Positions 12,133 through 25,725 of a stretch of 64,000 bases of DNA are shown here, one piece after another; position 1 is the first letter of the stretch; each line of letters starts with the position of its first letter. Source of the stretch: Tubiluchus corallicola (Eukaryota; Animalia; Priapulida); NCBI GenBank assembly GCA_030141605.1, contig JAQGDQ010000190.1, positions 350,638 to 414,637 of the forward strand, read 5' to 3'. The translations under genes were made by a program, and so were the position numbers. The notes beneath the pieces are model-generated. The model saw nothing but the letters and a program-made list of their open reading frames with translations, made no database searches and was not told where the DNA came from.

Positions 12133-14084
12133 CTGGTTATCGTGTTGTTGTTACACCGCAGGCAAAACTCTTGCTTAGATAAAAACACATTTCGTGAATT
12201 AAGCACGTAAAACATTGCTTATTTTTTCGCGTCAAAGTCATCTGTTGTTTTGCTACGCGTTTTCTTCTGTTGTCGGTATGATCTACGTTCAGCTGGTGTG
12301 TTTGTACAGAGATAATGGAATTTATTATTATTATCATACGTCTTTGTTAAACCTCTATTTGCAGGCATACAATTTACAACTTAAAAATTATAAATTTGAT
12401 TTTAAAATGCAAAATATATTATTCCAAATTAATTCATAAGACAAATTTACAAAACCAAGCGTGTTTTGCTGTCAAATTCTTTAACAACTTCGCTTCTTCA
12501 GAACCTCACTAATTTAGCTTTTAGTTCTAAATTTTTAATGAGAACATTTACATACATGTGCATCTTACAGATATGTATCTTCAAAATTAATAGAAATTCT
12601 ACAGCATCTTTATTTCTACGCAGTTCTACGCAATTTGCTTAATCTTGATTTTCTGATGTGGTGTACAGGACAAAAAGCGTCTTTTATAAAATTAATAAAA
12701 GCTACTAACAGAATTTCACTTCGTTTCATGTATACCTGATACATATTATAATTATTACTTAAATCATTAATAAATTCTCTTCTCTTTTCTGCATCAACAA
12801 ATTGACATTCAAATAACAAGTGCTCAGGCGTCTGAAATGCGTCACTACATGAACAAGTTGACTCTAATGAACGACCAATATGATTAAAAAAACAGTTAAA
12901 ATCAGCCTGGCCTAATAAAATACTGCAACGCAGTTACTCTAACTGCCCATTTTTGCCAGTCGGCAATACACCGCTTTTGCCTTGCTTTAACTATTGTTGT
13001 TCTAAAAACCTATTCAAGTCAATTTTACAATAGCAAAATATGTCATTTGGCACTTCGTTAATACGTAGGGATCTGATCTGATATAAATTTTTTTTGTGAA
13101 TTTCAAGTATATTATAGTATTTTGATGTTAGCGACGTAAGCTTAAAAATGAATAAAAACATAGAACGTTTGCCCAGGACCGACTTTTCACACTGAAATGG
13201 TTTATTCAGTGTGATATCGCTTTCACCGCTCACACTTACTGTTCTTTACTGTAACGGCTGGGGCATTTTACTTTTTACATTGAGGTATTATAATCACACT
13301 AAAAGTGTTTAGTTTCGCTGAGAGAATTTACTAACGTTAAGACACTCTAATCACAGTGTCTTGCTTCATTTTGCTTTTGCTGAAACGTCTTGCTGGCACG
13401 ACTTGTTCAATTTGAGAGAGATTACTCACAATGAACCATTCTACTGGCATTGCAACAATTTACTCACATTTAACTAAAACTAAACGGTTTGCTTGGACTA
13501 AAACAATTTGCTTTCAACGAATTGTTCAATCACATTGAGATAGTTGGCACTTTGTTCATACTATGCAGTTTATTCACATTGGGACAAGTTACTCAAGGCG
13601 AGACTACTTAGCAAGTATGCGTACAATCACTAGTGACACGCCACACGCGTACCGCTGGGAAGATTATTTATGTATTAGATACTTTCATTAGCACGAGGAA
13701 GGCAGAACACAGCTGAAAAAAATAAAGCTTAGGATGTAACATGGGTGGAGCTGGTTAAAAACAAGCATATGCAGCCTACTAAACGGAACCAGCAATTAGC
13801 TAGAGAAAATAAAATTGTTAGCTTAAAATGTTACCATTAAAATTGTTTTTGGCCTAATTTTAAAAAGTGTTTTGCTAAGAATTTACACTGTGCGCCCATA
13901 GCGTACAAACCAATCCTAAATAGAGTAAAAACCCCATCGTAAAACAACACTGCACTGGCTAGAATTAATAAGGCTAACGCCCAAAATATGGTACACGATG
14001 ACCCAGAACAAACAAACATCCCAACCATCTGGACCATTTTGTTATTAAATTATATACTGTTCTTTTTGTATTACATCAGCGGGA

Positions 14085-14187
14085 GCCTTACGTAAGAAAC
14101 CACTTTAGCTGTAAAAAGCAGTGTATATATTGCTGCCTTACGAAAGAAGCCACTTTAGCTGTAAAAAGCAGTGTATATATTGCTGCC
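14085..14187. repeat. 50-bp tandem duplication
   Basis: GCCTTACG-AAGAA-CCACTTTAGCTGTAAAAAGCAGTGTATATATTGCT at 14085 and 14135. Confidence 0.92.
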
Positions 14188-14343
14188 ATGGTTTGTCTAA
14201 TAAATTGTTTATCATGGAACTGGGCTTTCGTTCGTAAAGTTACTATTATTAAAAAGAATTAATTAATTAGCCAGTAAACTGAGAAAACTCAACAGTCTGA
14301 TTACTTGGCCATTAAACTTTATAACAAACTCCAACAGTCAAAT

Positions 14344-14374
<31 letters not shown>

Positions 14375-17300
14375 ATATTTTACAAATCAAAATCAATAAA
14401 TTAAAATAACATCAGCACAAGTTAAATGCAAGGTAAACTAATATAATCACATCGATATTATTATTACTACTACTACTACCGCTGCTGCTGCTGCTGCCGT
14501 TACCGCCACCACTACCGCTACCACTACTACTACTATATTCGAATTAGTAACGAGTATATCACAAATATAAAAAATATTAACACAAAATATCATACCACGT
14601 CAGTGCACGTTTAAAGCAACAATCAAATCAAGCAGACATTTCAGACATTTCAAGATACACACAAGGCATTGTCATATCATTACAAATAATCATTAGTTTT
14701 GCATTGCAAGAAAGAAAACCATTATTACTAGCTGCAAAAAAGGCAATATTGCTTTATTCAGTTTATTGTAACTAACAGCTACAATTAAATAAGACTAACA
14801 CGGACAGGTCTACCTGTATACCATCAGGATAGCCAACGAGAAAGAGATTACCAGGCATTTTACATGAATATACTGTAGAAAATGAAACAATTTACGCAGT
14901 TTAAACAGAATCAAGAAAGAAGGCTATTACTACGGGAGTGTTCCTGTTACAGTATGAGACGAATGACGTGATACGAAATGAAAGCAAAATATTTGGAAGT
15001 TAACTATTGCAAAAACCGCAGGGAGTGACAGTTGATTCCTAGAATGCCACAGGACTAAGCGAGTAAAGTAATTATTATTTTTACTATCACGATACCGTTC
15101 ATAATAAAACTAAATTATATTTAAAACGCTCAATTTCACTGTTTAAAGGAATTTTTAGAATATACCTCCTTAACAAAACGACTGAATTTTGAATGAGCAT
15201 TGCTGATGACAGTAAAATTTTCAAATGACATTAAGTTGTCTGATCTTAATTATCATTGTTTTACTTTATGGAATCTGACAAATAACTATTTTATTATTGC
15301 AAATTGCTTTACCAAGCTTTTATTTTATATCAGTGAAATTGTAGAAACTGTTATGTCAATATGTTTTATTTGAATGTCTAATCTCAAGTTCTTTTGTTTT
15401 CTTTTTGCAAAGAAACGCAGACTATTGTAATTTCTATTTTGTAACAGTAATTTAATTTATTGTCTTATTTTCTGTGCTTCTACTATAACTGACATCTTAT
15501 GTCTTTATGGAAACAATAGTCGTATGTAACTATTTTGAAGTGACGAAGTAAAAACTAAATTCTTACTCTTGTCGCCTTTTTTACAATGTTTAATCGTCAA
15601 CAACATATTAACATTTATTGTTCCACAGCTTAGACAGAGCTAACATAGGGCAAGCTAAGAGAGTTTGCTCTATGCAGGAATTGCAATAACTGTGTGACGA
15701 AAATTTATAAACGAAATTTACAGGACCAATGCGATATAAAGATTTTATTGTCATTGACACAGCTCAATCAAAATTTGATCGTTTGGTTAAGGAGACATAT
15801 AATATAAATATTTTAAGTCAACTTTAAACAGTAAAATTGAGAGTTTTAAATGTAATTTAATCTTATAATAGATCGTTGGCGTCGTGAAAAATGCTTGTTT
15901 CGGATTGTCGTGATGCTACTAAAATCCTTTTGTATTTTAGAATTATTCTGATTTTGAAAATGGCACGCGTTCATTTTTACATGTCATTACATAAAAAGAC
16001 AAGATTCGTGGAAAAAATAACAGGTATAAGAAGGAAAGAGCAGGTGCGCTACTTCTACTTCAAGCAGGTTTCATTGTGTGCTGCACTCAGATGAGAAGAT
16101 TACTTATTTTGGCAGAGGAATTAGTAGAAATGCTTGGCAGTAATTAGCTAATAGGATGCTAGATGGCAGCCTACCTCCGCTGAAATCCGATCATGTCACC
16201 TGGTGACAATTTGCATCTGCAAAGTTGACATTTCTATGCAGAGTCCATTATGCTCTCAGCTTAATGGACACCATCAGCAGCCCTTCTCTGTGTGTCCATT
16301 ATGCGTTACCGTATCAAGCAAATAAGTCCAGCGATAAAAATCGACTTTGCAGCAAATTTAATGAACGTGTGTTCGATTTTGTGCAATCCAAGCTTGGCGT
16401 AGTCTCTTTTAGAGGTTTATTGTCATGAATTACCAGCAGCAACGTTGTACCTAGACTAGAATGACGTCAGCAGGTTATGATTCGCAGTACGAAATTTCAG
16501 AATGTCATGACTTCAACATTAAAGCTAAATTTCAATTTTATTATAAATTATTGCCGATCATACAGATATACTTTTGGTCTTCATTTGTAGCGTTTTGATC
16601 GATATTATCGCGACAAACTTTATTTAAATACAGGCGTATAATAATACCTAAATATAAAACTTGCAGAATTCATTTGATTTAAATCAGGCTATAAAATTAC
16701 ATTAACAGTGACTGATATTGTTTTAAATTTGTTGAATTCAGATTGGAAAAAGATGACGAGATACCCGAGTTTTGTGAGGCATTTTTTTAACTGTAGTGCC
16801 ATTAGGGTTTGCTATGCAAAAGACCGTCTCACCTTGTGGCAAAATATAAAAGATTTTTAGCGAAAATAAATTATGAAGATGCAAAATGGTCTTAAAAATG
16901 TATCTACTACTTCCAAAATGCCCTCCAACGTAGAAAATATAGTGTTTAAAACACGTTACTCCGGAAAGTCAATGGGACTTGGTCACGGCGTTGGACTTCT
17001 TATCTGGAGCTCACTGATTGAAATCCGGGCTCAGTTCCGACTTTTTCACAATTTCTTCTTCTGGATAAATTTCCTTTCAAAGTTCATTAATTCTGAGTAC
17101 ATTTCATCATTAATAAATCTTGAAATTTAGATTTGAAATAATTGCTCACTGGAGCAATTTCCCAGATGTAATTTTTGAAGTTTTTTGAAGGTTTCTATAA
17201 ATCGAGTGCAGCCATCTTCACTCCCAGCGGTGCCTCTCTGTCCAGAAGGCTTTTACTACGCCTGTATGTTACAAACGAGTGTGATTTTAGTCTGCAACTG

Positions 17301-17657
17301 TCTAATTCAGCGTATGTTATGTAATTTTGCGTAAGATACATTTTGTGCAAGCATGCGTGCTTAATCACTTAAGACTTTGTTTTTCCATTTCCAGAAGACA
17401 TTAGCATGTTAAAAGACTTGGCGTTGCTTTGTTTCGAGCACACGGGCTTCAATTCGTTGCTGTATTGAAGCCATATCTCACCAAGCGTGCTGCAGCATAT
17501 TAACCATGGACACTCTGATGCGTGTGCCACTGAAACCGTAGAAGATTTTTGTCAGCTTGTTCGTTGACGAAGGCAATTACAGACAAGTCCTGGAGCCATA
17601 CGAGAGCGCTGATGTAGCGTATTGGATAACGAAACATCTGATGCAAACATTCCCACG

Positions 17658-18886
17658 ATGACTAGAGGTAAAAGCAGTTACAGTGCAGTAGCCACTCAAG
17701 CTGGAAATAGGCCAGCAGGGGAGACCTACGTTTTCCCGGACTGGGAAGTGGCTGTAAAGCAGTGGTCGTGGAGTTGGCCCTTGCATACATACGGGTTTGC
17801 GTGTCTGTTCTTTTTACTTGCCTTTTATTCGTTCTTTTCATTGTTGAATCTCAGAACAGCTCGGTTGTACACGCGACCGTTCTTGTCAACGATTAACTTG
17901 GTGCTTTGTCTGTTAGGTATAGCGCGTGCTTCTTATCTGTTTATAGATCCATACGAATCGAAACATTTGATGCCTCTAGCGTTGTCTCGTGCTTTCTATG
18001 AGACTGCTTATCCATGCCTTACATCAGCTTTCAGTCTCATCCTTTTGGCTCTTTTGCAAATCACCAAGTTTCGCGTGGGTTTTGGATTATTTCATAATGC
18101 CAAGTGCCTCGCCGTGTTTATTGTGCTACATTTTGCTACAATACTCGTCACTTCTGTTGGGTCTGTGCTACATAATGATGTGAAAATAGCATTTCTTGTA
18201 TTACAAACTATATTCGTATTCTGGGGGTTGATGTTGAGTGTACTGTACATCTATGGAGGTGCTCAAATGCTCAGAGTTGTTAAGCACACACAACGCTTGC
18301 GATTGCAAGGACACATCTATAATGGACTTAGAGCACCTAAGATTAGAATTACAGATGAAAATGAGCAAACGTACAGCTTAAACAGCGAGTTATCTAATCC
18401 TAGTAGTGAGGATGTACGACGTAAAGTTGTGCTTCAGCCAATGCCAGAAAATGACGTTGGTGAAGTAGAAGCGCATGCTGAAACTCTCAATAAAACGAGA
18501 AACAACTCGAATGCATTTAGTGAGAGCACCGGTGATTCAGACATGGTAGAAACGTGCGAAACGATTGAGAATGATAATGTTGAAATGTGTGCGGTAGAGA
18601 AGCGCCATCCAGAATATGATGGCGAAGAGCAAATGCTTCAGATGCAGAACAACTCGCACAGCATTGGAGATCGCTACCGAATACATCAACTCAGTTCTTC
18701 TAGCCTTTCAACAAGACTAAACAAGTGTCCTTTACAAAATGTCCTCCATATGATGTATGTTAGTTCAGTGTTGGGAATAATACTGTGTGGTTTGATGTTA
18801 TATGGACTTTATGGCAAATTCACTGTCAGTGCTCATCCTATAATCTCAGACTCATGGCCTTGGTATATTTACCAAACATGTTGCAG
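17658..18886 (+). CDS. PRRT4: Proline-rich transmembrane protein 3/4-like multi-pass membrane protein, coding exon 1 of join(17658..18886,20236..20389), about 460 aa
   Basis: PDWEVAVKQWSWSWPLHTYGFACLF, RASYLFIDPYES, YPCLTSAFSL and WPWYIYQT..R are characteristic of the PRRT3/4 TM region. The first ATG after the in-frame TGA at 17610 is 17658; the true start is uncertain. Donor AG|GTAACG at 18886/18887, phase 2. Confidence 0.85.
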
Positions 18887-20235
18887 GTAACGAATTTATA
18901 ATAATTTGAATTTTATTTTATCACCCAAAAAAGTCAGCAAGTGATTAGTCTACGTAATGTTTACAAATTAATGCCAAGTAAACTGCTACAAAAATCACCA
19001 AATCATTTTTGTAGCACTTCTTTGTTCATGTGTCAAACTCAATGGAATGTACAGTAGAATGCTAATCCATTGTTTAATCATGAACAGTCACGCAGGTGCT
19101 CTTACAATAGCTGACCCAAGAGACGCCTGTTGGCCCACTGATTAAGTTTATAATAAGTTAATAAGTTTATTTTTATCATTACAGCCAAATAGTTAAATTA
19201 CTGTACAGCACAAAATTACAAAATATAAAATTTTTAAAAAGAACAAGCATAGAATTGAGAAATTTGAGGGTAATTTAATGTAACCCACGAGGCATTTACC
19301 GCCTTTCCATGGCAGCACAAAAAGGGTAACAACGGTTTTATTGCAAACTGCTTAACTGAGCCGCATATTGCAAAAAAGGTACGGGCTAATTTTATCTTTT
19401 CAACAATTTTGTTTTTTATAATAAGCGTTTTTATTATTTTATTGGAATAAGCAGTGATTGGGTAGTGGCAGTTGGTTCAGTTAGTATATTCGAAAGGTTT
19501 AGGACTTAGCCTATATAACTCTTACTAATTTTAAATACTACATAGATTGTTAACTGAGCTAGTTTTGGATAGTTACTGTCACGCATAGTAAATTTAGCTC
19601 GCAAAGTCTATGAGTGTGGGCCTAGTCAATGTCTTAATTCGATAATGAAAATCTCTTAATTTACAGAAACGGATCGAATTAGCTCAATAGGATTAACTTA
19701 ATCTTTGATTTAAACCAATTATGTATACATATAATATAAGCTCGCTTCGTAAGCTTGTATTATATGGGTTCTTTATTTTCGTGTATTGGATCTACTGAAC
19801 ACGCTCCGTATACATTTTATAGTTGCACATTATTAATCCACGCATATTGTTCACTTTTTCACTAATTACCAAAAAAATAAAACGGACTTAGTTATTCACA
19901 ACTACACATGTTCAAGAGTCGCGATTAGGAACAAATTATACGATCATGTCTTACTTATTACTTTGAAAATGAATAAAATGTACTTTCTTAATGTCTATAA
20001 GAAACTTCTTCAACTGTTTTATGAATCCACCATTGGAATTGTTGTGACTTATTGTATCCCTGGTTGAATGAGGCATTGAAATTTTAGTCTTCGGTAATTT
20101 TTTTGTTGAAATAAACCATCATGCTAGTGTGTGTGTGTAGAGCGTGCATTGTTTTCATCAAGTTTCGCAAAGTGGTAAAATCTTTTTGCTAATTGTCAAA
20201 ACTGATCAACTTATCGGTCCCAATTGTTTTTCCAG

Positions 20236-20389
20236 GATAACAGAGCTGGGCATGGGATGTGGTATGGCGTACGTCACCAAACAACCGGTTAATAAATACC
20301 AGTTTGCTCTTCGTGCAAAGCATAACCTGTTTTCAGGCAAGAAGCAGAAATCACCGTCAAAACCGGGCACAGAAGCAGTGAAACTTTAA
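20236..20389 (+). CDS. PRRT4: PRRT3/4-like protein, terminal coding exon (R-ITELGMGCGMAYVTKQP...TEAVKL*)
   Basis: Acceptor TTTTTCCAG|G. The phase matches the upstream donor (AG+G = Arg) and the exon supplies the last TM helix. Confidence 0.82.
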
Positions 20390-21250
20390 AATTAATTCAC
20401 CCTCAAAATCAGCTACAGAAGCAATGCAAACGTAACATTATCTTTATTAAAATCAACATTAACATTGGAAACAGAAGCTCTGAAACATCAGTATTAATTC
20501 ATTATTGAAGACAAGTTAAAAAGCACAGTAGTTCACTTTCAAAGCCAACTATAGAAGCAATAGAAATGTAAGTTGCCTTCGCTGTAAAGATCAATGTTAA
20601 TAGTACAAACAGAAGCGATGAAACGTCAGTCGACAACATTGTTGCACCATTGAGGAGAGGACCAGAGGTACAATAATTCACTGAGGTATATTAAAAAGCA
20701 ACAGAACAAGCATTAAAATCATTGTTACGCATGAAACACACCAAAAATTATACATGTTATCGGTGGTCGGCGTCTAAAGGAGCAGCAATGAAATTGCAAC
20801 ATTTAACTTACTCCGGGAAGGTCAGCATGGACACAGCCGCAAAACGGAAACGATGACTACAGTGCAAATGGCAGTTCTACTAGAAAACTCACATAAACGG
20901 AAGAAGTCTTAAAAGCAGCAGAATTAATATACCTGTTAAAGTTGGCAGCAAAACTGCAATACTAGAGTTGCCTTCAAACTGGAGAACAGACGCAGTAAAA
21001 TTTCAATGTATTGGAATGATTGGCAAAGTCAGCACTGGACAGCAACAGCAAAACTGTTTACTACCAGGTCGACAGAAGAAGCAGTAAAACTTGAACATTA
21101 AAATAAACTGTAACGTCAAAATCGACATCAGCGATTGCGAAACTGTCACATAAAAATCACGAGAGACCTCAATAGATAATGCTAGACTCGACTAAACTAG
21201 GAAAGTGAAATCGCCATCTTTTGTATCAGAAGCAACGAAATTTAACATTC
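20368..21250 (+). repeat. Highly degenerate repeat (core ACAGAAGCARTGAAAC) running from the last codons through the putative 3' UTR
   Basis: More than 10 variants of acagaagcagtgaaac / acagaagcaatgcaaac / acagaagctctgaaac / acagaagcgatgaaac / cagaagcaacgaaa at roughly 45-80 bp spacing. Confidence 0.55.
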
Positions 21251-23210
21251 ATTTGTTTCGTTTTCTCTTAGATTGTCTAGACTGTTTTCGCAGTCATTCT
21301 TTAGTATATTCAAATTTCAAAATTTCTAAATTTCAAATTTTGTATCAAATCTGTATCACCCTTTTGGGTGGATGAGACATTACAGCAATTGCGTGCAAGA
21401 TGTTTTTTATAAGCTAAAACAATATGGTGAGTATTGAGTAAGAAGAAAGGACGTACATGTATAACAAATTTCGCCAAATTGTTTTAATTCTTTTAGTTTA
21501 GTAGTTGAAAAAGGTCGTTCATGTTTTTAGACCTTCAGAATATGTATAATATCAACTGCACATAAACTATATTGACTGTGCTTGCTTTAAATTAAATCAC
21601 TTTTATTACCATTTAAATTTGAAGCATATATGTGAATTTATGGTTTTTAAATTTGTGTAGGTCCTAATTATCTGTGTTTTGGTCAGAAAAGTATATCACA
21701 ACTTTTATGTCGCGTGCAGACTATTATATGAATTTAACATGAGTTTGAAGCATGTCAAATGAAAAAATATTTTAATTTTCAAAATAAAGTATAACTAGCT
21801 GTTTGAGTGCAAAATCAAGACTACTTAATTTTCACAATTTATTGAATTTGAATGTTAGTAGACATGCCTTTGAAATGCCAAATCATTGTTAGGGTTTTCC
21901 ACATAAAAAACAGCTTTTAAGTTTAATGTTTGCTAGTTAGCTAAATACTTGGATTAAAATAATCATGAACAATAACTTTAGCTAGATATAGATAGCTCTG
22001 ACCCACACACCCTGATTTGTCATAAACTGAATAGAGCAAAAATCTTCAGAGACTACGTTGTGTTAAATGATGGCTTCGTTGACATGATTGACGAGTTTTC
22101 AGATTAATGATAACCTCAGTTATCCGGTTAAGTGTAGCAAACCGTTGCGGATGATCTGTGATCCGTATTCAAAATATCGAACTGCGTGGCATTTAACAGA
22201 TAAAAGGTTAACGAGTTACAGCAAAAAACACAGTACAAAGAGAATTTTACGAATGGGTCTATTATAGACAATTGCATCTCTCTCTTGTCGCACAACATTG
22301 TACAAATTTTCAATGTGCTTAAAAAATTTTGTACAACGTTGTTGTAAATGTGGAGTAATAGAATTATGACATAAAATTCACACAAAACAAGACATCTGGC
22401 AAGGAGAGTGAAGTGGATGAAACTGCCCAAAACCACCCATTCATTTACTGACGAGGGTTTGTATTACTTAAGCTCCAGTCTCCAGCCACACATGATGACT
22501 ACCTAGCTATTTCGATCGCCCCAAGCTGCAATTTACCTTTGCCAGTTTTAAGATCATTGTATATATTCCTGACAGAACAGATACTCTGAGTGATAAAATA
22601 AAAAAATTCTTGTGTTTAATAAAACTCCAACTACATTTTTGACAAAATTATTTTAAAAAGTCCGTTGTATCGAAAATATTTTAGTAATTTTCGTTGCCAC
22701 CAGAAGGCGCAACGATACAATTACAGATAGAGTTGTAATAAAACATGAATGATGCCATAACAAGAATACAAAGTTTGATCTACTTGTACACAATTAAGTC
22801 TAATTTTCCCCGCTAGATGGCGCACATGGAGTTTTACGCAGTAAGCATATAGGTACTCTAGTCTTAATATGTGACATTGCATGGGATTTAATATTACTGA
22901 TTTTAACACATACGCTCACCTTCTTTCTTAAATAACCCTACTCACACGGTTGTTAGTTCATGAGTTAATTAGATTATGTGCTCACTCACTCACTCAATCT
23001 CACGCTTTAATCAGCTGCTCACCCTCGCCCCACACTCTTATTCACCGATCCTCACCCTTTTTCCTAGCATAAAATTAGTAGTTCACTTATTCATTTTGTG
23101 TCTCACACATTTCATTTATTTGGATAGTTGTGGGCCTACTCAAAAATTAAGTGGCATCATATTTACAACAATTAGACCAATGTTGAAGACTTATTATTCG
23201 CTAATTAATT

Positions 23211-23690
23211 GAAGAAGAGGCACTGGAGAATTGTGCGCTACCAGGATTTGAATCCAAAACCTTGTGCGATTAGGCCACATGCTCTGCCATTTGAGTTACT
23301 GGGCCAACTTAGCAGATTTTGTCCCATTTCTGATCCCACTAGTACACAATCAGAATATACTCAGCAGTGGGAGTTGAGTATAGGTCCCTGCATAATTTTG
23401 TAAATCATAGATTATCTAATACATACATTAATTAAAATGCATCATACTTATTAGAATTATTCAAATGGTTAATTAATTGAAGAATGTGTTGCTAAAAATT
23501 GTGGCCCAATCAGGATTTGAATCTGGATCTTTCTGTAGGGAAACCAATACACGCACTGAGATCTTAAAATAACTACCCTGATAGTTAACTAATTGAAGAA
23601 GGGAAGCGGTGAAAAATTGTGGCGTAATCAGATACGAACCCAAGAACCTTGTGCTTTCAGGGTACACGCCCTGCTAGTTGAGTTACATGC
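23211..23690 (-). mobile_element. Cluster of three tRNA-derived SINE copies (about 23211-23305, 23479-23550, 23595-23686)
   Basis: The minus strand shows A-box-like TAACTCAAATGG and B-box-like GGATTCAAATCC / GGTTCGTATC. The copies share the body CACAATT(T/C)T(T/C)CAG and end in TTCTTCAATTA(A/G)TTA. Confidence 0.7.
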
Positions 23691-25596
23691 TGAAGCATTT
23701 ACACGCTCATAATTATCAGTTATGTGTTTATTCTTTACAACTACTTAGCTGTCTGTGTGATTACACAATATACCTACTATCCACTTATTACGCTATTTTC
23801 TTAATCGAATTTCTCAACCACAGTCAAAATGCCTTAACATTTATAAAACTAGTATTCAAAAGATTGCTGTATACATGATTGTATGTACACATAGTTATAC
23901 ACATCCTTTAAAATACCACATCAAAAAAGTTTTAATACGACAAACGAAATTTATCATTGATTATGACGAATGGACCATGACTGATTAAGGAAACAGTGGA
24001 AATGAATGATCTAGTCTGAGTTTATGGATGAATACGCTAGCTACGTCATGATGCCGTACGCATTTTGGTTGAAAGGAACATTACCTCTACAATTCTCAAT
24101 TTGTTTTGAAGTATGTTTGGTTAGATAATATCAAAATTTGATCAGGTTAGACAAATAGATTGCATTAAATCTTGTAAAATATTAGATTAAACTAGTCCAG
24201 AATGCGGAACATGGAGCTACTCACTGGGTTTTTTATGCCCAACTGCCTGGATACGTTATTTATATCACCATTTATTGTTGTCATGCATTATCGACGAAAT
24301 AGACCGCTTTATAAAGCTACTTCGCGAGTAACACAAAATAATTCAAATTCAGTGACAGAAAAGACAAAAAATTTATATCCAGGCTTAGTAAAGGGTATCA
24401 GTACAGAACGACTGCACAAGTCATGGTCATCGCGTCACTAATTTTACACATGTGTAGTAAATTTATTGCCAGTTCTTTAAATAAACTAAAATATTTATCT
24501 TTTGCTTGTCAATAAGAATAATCTTTAAGAAATATCACTATTTTACTATTTATTGCAAAGCAAATTAGCACATATTTCAATATAACCGTAGTGAAAAAAC
24601 AGATTTTTTTTACCAAATGCTATAAAAGCTTGAAAATCCTCATCTCTTAGATGCTGCCTATACTATTCGACCCTGAGTATTGATACACAGCGTAGGTAAG
24701 TACACAACTCAAAATAATCAATGTATATCTCAAATAATAATAAACATTTTTTGCGAAATAGACCTGAGTAAGTATATACCCGCTGGGGGTTTGCTGCTCA
24801 TGAGGGAATTTTTTAAAAATTAGGAACTTAGCTCAGCTCGGACATTGTGTGTTACATCATATGATCAATAACCAATGTAGATAAATAGAAAACGCAAAAT
24901 AACCAAAGTGTATCTCAAATAATAACAAATATTTTTTAATGAAATAGATCTACAGATAACAATTATTATAGGCCCCTATAAATGACTGTGCATAACGCAC
25001 GTTACGTTACTGAATGATCAATCTAGTCACCTAACTGCTACAATTACTATCTTTACATCAAAACTGAAAAGTTAAATTTTATTTACATGTTAAAAGATAC
25101 CTAGACAATTATAATGTATTAGTTAAACACCAGGAGTAAACACACTATACCTATACATGTAAAATAACAGTCCGATAATGTATCATTTAATTAAAGCTAT
25201 ACAACACTGCTTTCACTGAGCCTGCCCTTTTTATTTTTAGTGAAGTAAAGAATATATCACTGATATGTATTTTAACGTGCAACATTGCATACTATCTCAT
25301 CATCACAATGCAATGGCCTTTTTAAACACCGTTAACACTTTGCAGAACATACACTGCCCGTCGCGTACTTCCTAGAACCGGATTTAGTGTAAGCTGTTAG
25401 ATCACTGTGAGTAATGGACTTCCGTGACTACCTCCCGCATGTGCTCTCAGAAAATCCACATAGCACAATTGTAGTATAGATACAGATATAGATACAAATA
25501 GGGATAAACAGAACACATATCCGTTCTGTATTTACTTCTTACACTCTGTTAGTACAGCAGAGCCCTGACCACTTTTTATTGCATGCGGGTCTCTGA

Positions 25597-25725
25597 TATG
25601 GATTTTATATGAAAACCGGGCACAGTGAAACCGGACACTAAAGCGGTGGACGAATGCCGCCTTTGTAATTAGTTAATCGTTTAGTGGTCAGTTTCACCGT
25701 GTGCGGTTTTCATATAAAATCCATA
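25597..25725. mobile_element. 129-bp hairpin MITE with about 48-bp imperfect TIRs
   Basis: TATGGATTTTATATGAAAACCG... and ...CGGTTTTCATATAAAATCCATA form a perfect 22-bp terminal inverted repeat that extends imperfectly to about 48 bp. Confidence 0.85.

Noticed and set aside
19150-20100. Possible CR1/L2 RT remnants on the minus strand in the PRRT4-like intron (KQLKKFL-like string)
   Set aside because: Too decayed to delimit or classify by eye.
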